A stretch of DNA of 32,000 nt from the NCBI RefSeq assembly GCF_000179635.2, contig NC_014833.1:2100001-2132000 (forward strand), read 5' to 3'. The notes beneath the pieces are model-generated. The model made no database searches, had not been told where the DNA came from, and worked only from the letters and a program-made list of their open reading frames with translations. Positions 24,319-32,000 of this stretch are shown here, in pieces (position 1 is the first letter of the stretch; each line of letters opens with the position of its first letter). Made by a program: the position numbers and the translations under genes. Source of the stretch: Ruminococcus albus 7 = DSM 20455 (GTDB lineage: Bacteria; Bacillota; Clostridia; Oscillospirales; Ruminococcaceae).

Positions 24319-25119
24319 ATGAAAAAAATCATGAGTTCATACATAAGGATAGAAGGATTAAAAAAGACATTCAAAAATAAAAAAGAAGAAAACCATGTTC
24401 TGAAAGGAATTGATCTTGATATAGATAGGGGTGATATATTTGGTATCGTTGGTTTTTCAGGTGCAGGAAAATCTACCCTTGTACGGTGCATAAACCGACT
24501 GGAGGAACCTGACAGTGGAAAAATATTCATCGGTGATATTGAAATAACATCTCTTAATAAAAAGCAGCTAACAGAACGGCGAAAAAAGATAGGTATGATA
24601 TTTCAGCAATTCAATCTTTTTGATTCAATGACAGTATTTCAGAATATAGCCTATCCTTTGAAGCTTCTGGGAGTTTCAAAAAAGGAGATAGAATGGAAAG
24701 CTGACAAGCTGCTTGAACTTGTCGGACTATCAGATAAAAAGAATTCATATCCGGGTTCACTTTCTGGTGGGCAAAAACAGCGTGTTGGTATAGCAAGAGC
24801 ACTTGCGAACGATCCTGATATACTGCTTTCAGATGAAGCTACAAGTGCCTTAGATCCTGTATCAACTCTGGCTATACTTGATCTTCTGGAGCATATAAAT
24901 AAAGAGCTGGGTGTTACTATTATAATGATAACTCACGAACTTGAAGCTGCAAAACGAATATGCAACAGAGTTGCAGTTCTTGAAAACGGTGTTATCACAG
25001 AGATGGGCAGTACAAGAGATATCTTCCTTGATCCTAAAAGCAATACAGGAAAGATATTTTTGGAAGTATACAAAGAATTCAGACAAGCGTCTTCATTTAC
25101 AGGAGGTGATGGTATATGA
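24319..25119 (+). CDS. metN: Methionine ABC transporter ATP-binding protein (short form, no NIL domain)
   Basis: Walker A GFSGAGKST, signature LSGGQKQRV and Walker B ILLSDEATSALD. 266 aa. Alternative start at 24331. The stop overlaps the metI start (ATGA). Confidence 0.9.
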   Translation: MKKIMSSYIRIEGLKKTFKNKKEENHVLKGIDLDIDRGDIFGIVGFSGAGKSTLVRCINRLEEPDSGKIFIGDIEITSLNKKQLTERRKKIGMIFQQFNLFDSMTVFQNIAYPLKLLGVSKKEIEWKADKLLELVGLSDKKNSYPGSLSGGQKQRVGIARALANDPDILLSDEATSALDPVSTLAILDLLEHINKELGVTIIMITHELEAAKRICNRVAVLENGVITEMGSTRDIFLDPKSNTGKIFLEVYKEFRQASSFTGGDGI

Positions 25120-25826
25120 GCTTTCTGAAATATCCGTTTATAGATGTGGTAAAGCACGCATTCAGCAAAGATGTTTGGGATGTATTATGGCCTGCGGTCT
25201 GGGATACTATTTATATGGTAGTCATAAGTGCAGTTATAACCTTTGTATTGGGAGTACTTCTTGGTATCGGGCTTTCAGTCATATCCAAAGATGGTGTAAG
25301 ACCGGTTCCGGTACTGAATGAAACAGCAGGAACAATAGTAAATTGCCTCAGATCTTTGCCGCAGATGATAATGATAATCATAACCCTTCCGCTGGCACGA
25401 ATGCTTCTTGGTCAAAGTTACGGAGTGAATGCTTGTATTATTGCATTAGCAGCAAGTTGTATACCTATGTATGCAAGGCTTGTTCAGGGTGCATTAGTAG
25501 AGATTCCAAAAGGTAAGATAGAAGCCGCAAAAGCTATGGGCAGCAGTTCATCTGCTATAGTATTCAAGGTAATGCTACCCGAGGCGATGCCATCTATTAT
25601 CAGAGGCTTCACAGTAGCCCTTATAGGCATAATCTCCATGACCGCACTTGCAGGCAGCTTTGGCGCAGGAGGAATAGGAGATATAGCAGTAAGATTCGGA
25701 TTCAACAGGTTTTATCATGATATGCTGATAGCATCTGTGCTTGTGCTTATAATAATGGTAGAGATAGCACAGATATCAGGTGATATTTTATCGAATCTTA
25801 TATTGAAAAAAAGACATCTAATATGA
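25116..25826 (+). CDS. metI: Methionine ABC transporter permease
   Basis: 236 aa polytopic protein. EAAKAMG EAA-loop motif. Translationally coupled to metN. Confidence 0.9.
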   Translation: MSFLKYPFIDVVKHAFSKDVWDVLWPAVWDTIYMVVISAVITFVLGVLLGIGLSVISKDGVRPVPVLNETAGTIVNCLRSLPQMIMIIITLPLARMLLGQSYGVNACIIALAASCIPMYARLVQGALVEIPKGKIEAAKAMGSSSSAIVFKVMLPEAMPSIIRGFTVALIGIISMTALAGSFGAGGIGDIAVRFGFNRFYHDMLIASVLVLIIMVEIAQISGDILSNLILKKRHLI

Positions 25827-25887
25827 GTATATATCGGTTTGAGCCGTATTATAAAAAAAGTAAAATGGATCATAGGAGGATATCATT

Positions 25888-26751
25888 ATGAAAAACTACA
25901 GAACTTTTGGTACTATACTGGCGGCAGCAGTAATATCTGCTGTATTCTCAGGCTGCGGAGCAAACGCCAAGGCGGATGCAAAGGATAATAAGAATAAGGT
26001 AAAGACTGAGGACGGTAAGGAGCTAACAACTATTACTGCCCTAGCTGATCTTACACCGCACAGTGAGATACTCGAATATGTTGAACCCGAGCTTAATAAA
26101 AGAGGATATACTATTGATATCGTTAGTACAGCATCTGATGCGACATGGAACGAAAAGACTCAGAACGGTGAAGTTGATTTTAATTTTAATCAGCATGAGC
26201 CTTATCTTATAGAGTGGAACGAAATAAATAACGGTACACTTGTAAACATAGGCGGAGTTCACGTTGAACCGATCGGTGCATATTCAGAAAAGTACTCTTC
26301 AGCTGATGAAGTGCCTGACGGTGCAACGGTGGTACTTCCTGATGATGCTACAAATGAATACAGAGCACTTCGCATACTTGAACAGCAGGGATGGATAAAA
26401 CTCGGTAATACAGAAAATGCAAGAGCTTCGGTTGCTGATATTGAGGAATATATAAAGCCAATTGAGATAACTGAACTAGACAGCTATCAGATCAATGCAC
26501 ATATAAATGAGTTTGATGTTTATATAAATAACACGAATAAGGTTATCGAGGCAGGTCTTGATGCTACAAAGTATCTGTTCCGCGAGGGGGAGGATTCTCC
26601 TTATGCAAATATAATAGTAACGACCCCCGATAAGGCTGATGATCCAGGACTGAAGGCACTTGTTGAAGTACTGCAGTCCAAGGATACAGCGAAGTTCATA
26701 TTGGATAAATATAACGGTGCTGTTATTCCTGTGACTAAGGTTGATGAGTAA
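25888..26751 (+). CDS. metQ: Methionine-binding lipoprotein (NlpA/MetQ family)
   Basis: Signal peptide with lipobox VFSGC. NlpA-family length and position after metNI. AGGAGG RBS. Confidence 0.85.
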   Translation: MKNYRTFGTILAAAVISAVFSGCGANAKADAKDNKNKVKTEDGKELTTITALADLTPHSEILEYVEPELNKRGYTIDIVSTASDATWNEKTQNGEVDFNFNQHEPYLIEWNEINNGTLVNIGGVHVEPIGAYSEKYSSADEVPDGATVVLPDDATNEYRALRILEQQGWIKLGNTENARASVADIEEYIKPIEITELDSYQINAHINEFDVYINNTNKVIEAGLDATKYLFREGEDSPYANIIVTTPDKADDPGLKALVEVLQSKDTAKFILDKYNGAVIPVTKVDE

Positions 26752-26795
26752 TAGGTTTCAATTAAGTATTCCTGTGATATATTTCATTGAATTAC

Positions 26796-26840
26796 AAGAG
26801 AAAGCAGGGCAAGGATATTTACCTTGTCCTGCTTTCTCTT
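26796..26840 (+). terminator. Long hairpin terminator after metQ
   Basis: AAGAGAAAGCAGGGCAAGG-atattta-CCTTGTCCTGCTTTCTCTT: a 19-bp stem with one G-U pair. Confidence 0.7.
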
Positions 26841-26849
26841 GTCCGGTTT

Positions 26850-26888
26850 ATAAAAGAAATGCTGCACGAGCAAATCGTCATGCAGCAT
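26850..26888 (-). terminator. Hairpin terminator after asnB
   Basis: On the minus strand, AUGCUGCA-14 nt-UGCAGCAU is followed by UUCUUUUAU. Confidence 0.6.
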
Positions 26889-26905
26889 AGTTTTTATCAA
26901 GTAAC

Positions 26906-28741
26906 TCAGACCTCACTGCCGAAATATACTTCATACCATATCAGGAAAGTGAAAACAGTCCATATTTTTCTGGAGTAATCATATTTCTGATCACGATGAT
27001 CATCAAGGAGTGAAACAAGTTCTGATGTATTGAAGAACTTTTCAGCAGCAGGGGAGGTAAAATAATCCTTTACAATACCGTAGTATTTATCCTCTCTGAG
27101 CCATACTCTTGTAGGTACGGGGAATCCAAGCTTTTTCTTGTTCGCAGTCTGAGGAGGGCAGGCTTTTAAAGCAGCTATCCTCATGGCATACTTGGTGTTT
27201 TCCTTCGTAACACGGTACTTTGCGGGTATCTGCTCAGCAAGCTCCATTACCTTTTTGTCAAGGAATGGTACGCGAAGTTCAAGTGAATGTGCCATGGACA
27301 TTTTATCGGCTTTCAGCAGGATATCTCCTGTCATCCACAGATGAAGATCAAGGTACTGCATCTGTGTGACCTGATCGAGATCGCGAACCTTATCATAGAA
27401 AGGCTTTGTAATTGCCATAGCGTCAGGTGCTGAAGTTCTGATCTTCAGTATTTTCTTTCGTTCTTTTTCAGAGAAGATATATGCATTTCCGATGAAACGT
27501 TCATCAAGATCCTTTGATCCTCTTATAAGATAATTTACACCATGTTTGTGCGGAAGTTTTTCGGCGATTGCACCTATACCTTTTCTTATAGGTCTTGGTA
27601 TCTTGAAATATGATGACATGTCTGCAGGATTGTGATAGATATTGTATCCGCCGAATATTTCATCTGCACCTTCACCTGAAAGAACAGCCTTTACTTGTTT
27701 TGAAGCAAGCTGACACACAAAAAAAAGCGCTATAGCTGCAGGGTCAGCCAGAGGTTCGTCCATGTGGTACTGGATCTTTTTAAGATTGTCCCAGTATTCT
27801 TCAGGACTGATCACCTTAGAGAAATTTTCTTTTCCTATGTACTTTGAAAACTCTTTTGCATAGCCGATCTCATTGTATTTTTCATCCTCACCAAAACCGA
27901 CAGTAAAGGTCTTATCAACATCCGCAACAGCGGCAACATAACTTGAATCCACTCCACTCGAAAGAAAGGAACCTACTTCAACATCAGCAAATTTATGTGC
28001 TTCCACAGAGTTTTTAAATGTATCGGATATCTTTTCGACCCATTCTTCAAGATCTGGAGCATTATTGTCGTTGAACTTAACTTCCCAGTAACGTCGGATC
28101 TCCAGTTTGCCATCTTTGTATGTAAAACAATGTGCCGCAGGCAGCTTTTTTACGTTTTTGAAGAATGTATCCTCAGTAGGGGAGTACTGAAAGGTGAGAT
28201 ATGTTTCAAGTACATCAGTGTTAAGTTCTTTTTTGAAATCAGGGTGATCAAGAAAGCTTTTGATCTCACTGCCCCACATAAAAGTACCATTCATCTGAGC
28301 ATAGTAGAAAGGCTTTATACCAAAGAAATCTCTGGCACCGAAGATATCACCTGTATTTTTATTGTATATTACAAAAGCGAACATACCGCGAAGTCTGTCA
28401 AGTAACTTTTCGCCCCATTCTTCGTATCCATGGATCAGAACTTCGGAATCCGTTTTTGTGTAAAAGTTATGACCTGCTCTGATGAGTTCTTCGCGAAGTT
28501 CTTTATAATTGTATATCTCACCATTAAAGGTTAGCACAAGAGATCTGTCTTCGTTAAAGATAGGCTGACTGCCAACGTCACTCAGGTCTATGATAGAAAG
28601 TCTGCGGAATCCCATAGCGATCCCGTCATCGATATATTTGCCTTCAGAGTCAGGTCCGCGATGCTTTATCCTGTCCATCATCCTGCCTAGTATTTCTGAA
28701 GCATTATCAACTCTGTTCGTAAAGCCTACGATACCACACAT
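26906..28741 (-). CDS. asnB: Asparagine synthase (glutamine-hydrolysing)
   Basis: 611 aa. N-terminal MCGI nucleophile, GPDSEG, and the SGGVDSS-like PP-loop FLSSGVDSS. Confidence 0.95.
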   Translation of the reverse strand: MCGIVGFTNRVDNASEILGRMMDRIKHRGPDSEGKYIDDGIAMGFRRLSIIDLSDVGSQPIFNEDRSLVLTFNGEIYNYKELREELIRAGHNFYTKTDSEVLIHGYEEWGEKLLDRLRGMFAFVIYNKNTGDIFGARDFFGIKPFYYAQMNGTFMWGSEIKSFLDHPDFKKELNTDVLETYLTFQYSPTEDTFFKNVKKLPAAHCFTYKDGKLEIRRYWEVKFNDNNAPDLEEWVEKISDTFKNSVEAHKFADVEVGSFLSSGVDSSYVAAVADVDKTFTVGFGEDEKYNEIGYAKEFSKYIGKENFSKVISPEEYWDNLKKIQYHMDEPLADPAAIALFFVCQLASKQVKAVLSGEGADEIFGGYNIYHNPADMSSYFKIPRPIRKGIGAIAEKLPHKHGVNYLIRGSKDLDERFIGNAYIFSEKERKKILKIRTSAPDAMAITKPFYDKVRDLDQVTQMQYLDLHLWMTGDILLKADKMSMAHSLELRVPFLDKKVMELAEQIPAKYRVTKENTKYAMRIAALKACPPQTANKKKLGFPVPTRVWLREDKYYGIVKDYFTSPAAEKFFNTSELVSLLDDHRDQKYDYSRKIWTVFTFLIWYEVYFGSEV

Positions 28742-28819
28742 ATAATATCCTCGTTTCTCAGAATAATTCTGAAAGATAATAACAGCGGAATATATTTATC
28801 CAGCCGAAATACAATTTAT

Positions 28820-28848
28820 ATTATACACCGACTTGCAGGTATTTGCAA
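28820..28848 (-). promoter_or_regulatory. sigmaA-type promoter TTGCAA-17-TATAAT for asnB
   Basis: The reverse complement reads TTGCAAatacctgcaagtcggtgTATAAT. Confidence 0.6.
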
Positions 28849-28950
28849 TAGGTATTTTGTAAAAATATACAAAGTGATATGCAAAAAATTGTCTAATTAG
28901 CGGTCAATATCTGATTTTTTATGCCTTTTTGAATATTTTTTATCAAGCCC

Positions 28951-28979
28951 TTGCAAAATTGAAAAAGATAGTGTATAAT
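28951..28979 (+). promoter_or_regulatory. sigmaA-type promoter TTGCAA-17-TATAAT for the small membrane-protein gene
   Basis: -35 at 28951-28956, -10 at 28974-28979. Confidence 0.6.
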
Positions 28980-29010
28980 AATATCAGATTTATGACAGGG
29001 GGAGTAATTC

Positions 29011-29181
29011 GTGAAGGAAAAGAAAAAAAGGCGTTTCAGGTTAGATATTGCTATTCTTATCGGGCTTCTTGCTATGTTTATATCTTACGGGGCATATATG
29101 GTAAATACTTCCCTTGAAGAGGTACTTGAAAAAGAATACGGCGCTCCTGTAGTAACACATGATTCCAGCAGTGAAAAATAA
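29011..29181 (+). CDS. 56-aa single-pass membrane protein (MKEKKKRRFRLDIAILIGLLAMFISYGAYMVNTSLEEVLEKEYGAPVVTHDSSSEK)
   Basis: Hand-translated from a GTG start with GGGGGAG 6 nt upstream. Basic N-terminus plus one TM helix. Has its own promoter and terminator. Replaces the ORF-track call 28929..29117, which is in another frame. Confidence 0.5.
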   Translation: MKEKKKRRFRLDIAILIGLLAMFISYGAYMVNTSLEEVLEKEYGAPVVTHDSSSEK

Positions 29182-29202
29182 ATTTTGAGATAAAACCAGA
29201 TC

Positions 29203-29238
29203 TACACCTTTGTTGTCTTCAACAAGGGTGTATTTTAT
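29203..29238 (+). terminator. Rho-independent terminator
   Basis: TACACCTTTGTT-gtcttc-AACAAGGGTGTA followed by TTTTAT. Confidence 0.8.
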
Positions 29239-29559
29239 GTTATGCTTGCTCGTGACAAGGCATATTGCTTGTCATGATATAAAGATTACAATTTGTAACC
29301 TTGTTTCATGCGATGTTCATTTGATGATATGTAGCTTTTATTAATTGATGACGGAATCGTTGTCTGAAATGATGTAATATCTATAAAATCTATCAAGCAA
29401 AATCACTTGATAGACTGCTTATATTGGTTATTGAGCTGTTTTATCATAAAATTTCATCTTTGATAGTTTTCCAAAATGTAATTGTTTTGCACAATGAACT
29501 AATTGCTGCTTTGTACAAGCTGTACAAATATCTGACAAACTTTTTGGCAATACGCTGGC

Positions 29560-29588
29560 TTGACTTTGATATAAATATACTATATACT
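29560..29588 (+). promoter_or_regulatory. sigmaA-type promoter TTGACT-17-TATACT for nrdD2
   Basis: -35 at 29560-29565, -10 at 29583-29588. Confidence 0.6.
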
Positions 29589-29591
29589 AGA
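29576..29591. promoter_or_regulatory. NrdR-like box 1 (TATACTATATACTAGA)
   Basis: Overlaps the -10. 6/8 half-site symmetry. Its centre lies 33 bp from box 2. Confidence 0.4.
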
Positions 29592-29608
29592 ATACGAACG
29601 CTTTTAGA

Positions 29609-29624
29609 ATACAAGATGTGGTAG
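29609..29624. promoter_or_regulatory. NrdR-like box 2 (ATACAAGATGTGGTAG)
   Basis: The overlapping 16-mer at 29608-29623 (offset by 1 nt from this box) is 15/16 identical to 11321-11336. Lies in the transcribed leader. Confidence 0.45.
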
Positions 29625-29672
29625 TTGAATTCGTTTCAACACTTTACTAAGATAAAGTCTGGAGGAAGCACC

Positions 29673-31961
29673 ATGATCGTAAAAATAAAGAAGAGGGACG
29701 GACGCACCGTTACTTTCAATATTGAAAAGATAGCTCAGGCTATATACAAGGCAGCTGAGTCTGTCGGAGGAAGTGACTATGAAACTGCGCTAGAACTTTC
29801 CGGTAAAGTTGTCGATATGCTTATGGCAAACAACATCTCTACACCTACTGTAGAAGAAATACAGGATTGTGTCGAAAAGGTTCTTATTGAGGAAGGTCAT
29901 GCAGCTACTGCTAAATCTTATATCCTTTATCGTTCTGAAAGAACTAGGGCGCGCGAGATGGATACGCGTCTTATGAAAGTGTATGAGGATCTTACATTTA
30001 GTTCTGCCGAGGACAGCGATCTTAAACGTGAGAACGCTAATATCGACGGCGATACTGCTATGGGTACGATGCTTAAATACGGTTCAGTGGGTGCCAAGGA
30101 ATTCTATGAGATGTATGTCCTTGAAGAAGATCATGCACGTGCTCATGAAGACGGCGATATACATATCCACGATATGGACTTCTATACCCTTACCACCACT
30201 TGTACGCAAATCGATCTTACCAAGCTTTTTACAGGTGGATTTTCTACAGGTCACGGATACCTGAGAACGCCAAATGATATAACAAGTTATGCTGCTCTTG
30301 CGTGCATAGCTATACAGTCTAACCAGAATGATCAGCATGGCGGTCAGTCCATACCCAAGTTTGATTATGATATGGCTGAGGGAGTAAAAAAGACATTCCG
30401 TCATCGTTACAGAGATAATATCCGCAGGGGACTTTCTCTTCTCGCTGATGTACCTGATAATCCTGATATCGCACAACGCTGTGCAGATTTTCTTGCTAAG
30501 AGGGGTCTTACTCCTACACTATCCAATGATAACGGTTATATGGAGGAGGAAGCTCAGCTGCTTTCATCCTATGCTGATGCGAAGGTCGTTAAAAAGATAC
30601 AGAATTTTGCTTTCAAGAGCGCTGTAAAGGAGACCGACAGAGCTACCTATCAGGCTATGGAAGCCCTTATTCATAATCTGAATACCATGAATTCAAGAGC
30701 CGGTGCACAGACACCATTCAGCTCTATCAACTATGGTACAGACACTTCTATCGAAGGCAGGATGGTCATCAAAAACATACTGCTTGCCGAAGAGGCTGGT
30801 CTTGGAAATGGTGAAACACCAATATTCCCCATACACATATTCAAGGTCAAAGAAGGCGTGAACTTCAATCAGGAAGATCCCAACTACGATCTTTTCAAAC
30901 TTGCTTGCAGAGTTTCTGCAAAAAGACTTTTCCCTAATTTCTCATTTATTGACGCGCCTTTCAATCTGCAGTATTACAAGGAGAATGATCCGAATACCGA
31001 GATAGCTTACATGGGCTGCCGCACCAGAGTAATCGGAAATGCTTATGATCCTGAAAGAGAGATCGTTACGGGAAGAGGTAATCTTAGCTTTACTACTATA
31101 AATCTTCCAAGACTTGGCATAAAGGCTCATTATAGTATTGATCTGTTCTATCAGCTGCTTGATGAAAAACTTCAGCTATGTATAGATCAACTTATGCATA
31201 GATACAGGATACAGGCAAGCAAAAGGGTCAAGAATTATCCTTTCCTTATGGGACAGGGTGTATGGATGGATTCTGAAAAGCTATCCTACAATGACAGTGT
31301 TGGCGAAGTACTCAAGCACGGAACTCTTTCAGTCGGTTTTATAGGATTGGCTGAATGTCTTAAAGTGCTGACAGGCAAGCATCATGGTGAGTCTGAGGAA
31401 TCAAGAAAACTGGGCATTGAGATAATCAAGCATATGCGTGAGCGTATGGATCAGGAGACCAAGGCTACGGGTATGAATTTCTCACTGCTTGCTACACCTG
31501 CTGAGGGTCTTTCAGGACGATTCGTAAAGATGGATAAGGAGCGTTTCGGTGATATACCTGGTGTAACTGACAGAGATTACTATACAAACTCTTTCCATGT
31601 CCCTGTATATTACAAAATCAATGCATTTGAAAAGCTTACGATCGAAGCACCTTATCATGAGCTTACAAATGCCGGTCATATCAGTTATGTTGAGCTTGAC
31701 GGAGATCCACTCGGAAACCTCAGTGCATTTGAAAAAGTTGTTAGATACATGAAAGAGGTCGGTATAGGCTACGGATCTATCAATCATCCAGTTGACAGAG
31801 ATCCCGAATGCGGTTATACAGGTATAATCGGTGACCGTTGCCCGAGATGCGGCAGATCTGAAGCCGAGCATCGCAAATCCACACACGAGAGGATTCCTCG
31901 TATCAAGATCGACGCTGTTCCGGTTGAAACGTCTGAAAAGCAGGACGCTAAGAGTAAGTAA
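29673..31961 (+). CDS. nrdD: Anaerobic ribonucleoside-triphosphate reductase paralog 2 (atypical C-terminus without a glycyl-radical motif)
   Basis: 762 aa from the ATG at 29673 (GGAGGA 6 nt upstream); the ORF-track TTG at 29625 lies inside the promoter region. ATP-cone, thiyl loop AYMGCRTRV and Zn-ribbon ECGY...CPRCG are present. The tail has no Gly. Confidence 0.85.
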   Translation: MIVKIKKRDGRTVTFNIEKIAQAIYKAAESVGGSDYETALELSGKVVDMLMANNISTPTVEEIQDCVEKVLIEEGHAATAKSYILYRSERTRAREMDTRLMKVYEDLTFSSAEDSDLKRENANIDGDTAMGTMLKYGSVGAKEFYEMYVLEEDHARAHEDGDIHIHDMDFYTLTTTCTQIDLTKLFTGGFSTGHGYLRTPNDITSYAALACIAIQSNQNDQHGGQSIPKFDYDMAEGVKKTFRHRYRDNIRRGLSLLADVPDNPDIAQRCADFLAKRGLTPTLSNDNGYMEEEAQLLSSYADAKVVKKIQNFAFKSAVKETDRATYQAMEALIHNLNTMNSRAGAQTPFSSINYGTDTSIEGRMVIKNILLAEEAGLGNGETPIFPIHIFKVKEGVNFNQEDPNYDLFKLACRVSAKRLFPNFSFIDAPFNLQYYKENDPNTEIAYMGCRTRVIGNAYDPEREIVTGRGNLSFTTINLPRLGIKAHYSIDLFYQLLDEKLQLCIDQLMHRYRIQASKRVKNYPFLMGQGVWMDSEKLSYNDSVGEVLKHGTLSVGFIGLAECLKVLTGKHHGESEESRKLGIEIIKHMRERMDQETKATGMNFSLLATPAEGLSGRFVKMDKERFGDIPGVTDRDYYTNSFHVPVYYKINAFEKLTIEAPYHELTNAGHISYVELDGDPLGNLSAFEKVVRYMKEVGIGYGSINHPVDRDPECGYTGIIGDRCPRCGRSEAEHRKSTHERIPRIKIDAVPVETSEKQDAKSK

Positions 31962-32000
31962 AAATAATACTATCGTCATCTCCTGTCCATTTCTATTGTA

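Noticed and set aside
28929-29117. 62-aa ORF-track call MNIFYQALAKLKK...
   Set aside because: It starts upstream of the predicted -35/-10 and has no RBS. A different frame (29011..29181) has an RBS and a TM helix and ends right before a terminator.
29424-29624. 66-aa plus-strand ORF just upstream of nrdD2
   Set aside because: It runs through the nrdD2 -35, -10 and NrdR-like boxes. It has no RBS and an AT-driven composition.
31904-31927. Alternative frame at the nrdD2 3' end reading QDRRCSG-stop, superficially like RRxCGY
   Set aside because: It would need a frameshift, the spacing is C-S-G rather than C-G-Y, it hits TGA immediately after the Gly, and nothing downstream resembles the conserved NxGKxxExxxR tail. 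The third frame contains no Gly either.
31512-31979. 155-aa minus-strand ORF at the window end
   Set aside because: It is antisense to the nrdD2 coding sequence and has no motifs. It is a shadow ORF.
1-32000. Search for CRISPR arrays, tRNA/rRNA genes, transposases, integrases and phage genes
   Set aside because: By eye I found no regularly spaced direct repeats, no recognisable recombinase or transposase motifs in any listed ORF, and no tRNA-like cloverleaf candidates. Manual scanning limits the certainty.

Overview
AT-rich, low-GC Firmicutes/Clostridia-type chromosomal segment. The taxon is inferred from gene content, Cheo-type SOS boxes and GGAGG ribosome-binding sites. I support 32 coding regions and found no rRNA, tRNA, CRISPR array, transposase or integrase. 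Most genes are housekeeping or sensory: a 5'-partial PBP1-GGDEF diguanylate cyclase; an overlapping GH5 / nitroreductase / PaaI-thioesterase operon; TfoX-N; glgA; nrdD-GNAT-nrdG (class III RNR); a Cys-rich Crp/Fnr regulator; pyrB fused to a PyrI zinc domain; an Amidase_3 cell-wall hydrolase; a split chrA pair; an SOS-boxed Y-family polymerase with a YolD-like gene; comFC; trpF; a GGDNF-EAL protein; two GNATs; metNIQ; asnB; and a second nrdD paralog at the window end. Points worth a second look: (1) the second NrdD keeps its ATP-cone, thiyl-radical loop and Zn-ribbon, but its last 34 aa contain no glycine, so the canonical glycyl-radical motif is absent; (2) both RNR loci share a near-identical 16-mer, and NrdR-like boxes overlap their promoters; (3) a roughly 2-kb islet between glgA and nrdG carries a double-CxxC (Imm11-like) orphan immunity-type gene, other small ORFs, a perfect consensus promoter and a structured terminator-like element (candidate sRNA or attenuator); (4) three cre/LacI-type TGATAACGT palindromes lie upstream of a riboswitch-less metNIQ; (5) the PyrB-PyrI(Zn) fusion. 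I cannot point to a clear multi-gene novel system such as a defence island. All domain calls come from motif recognition by eye, not from searches.
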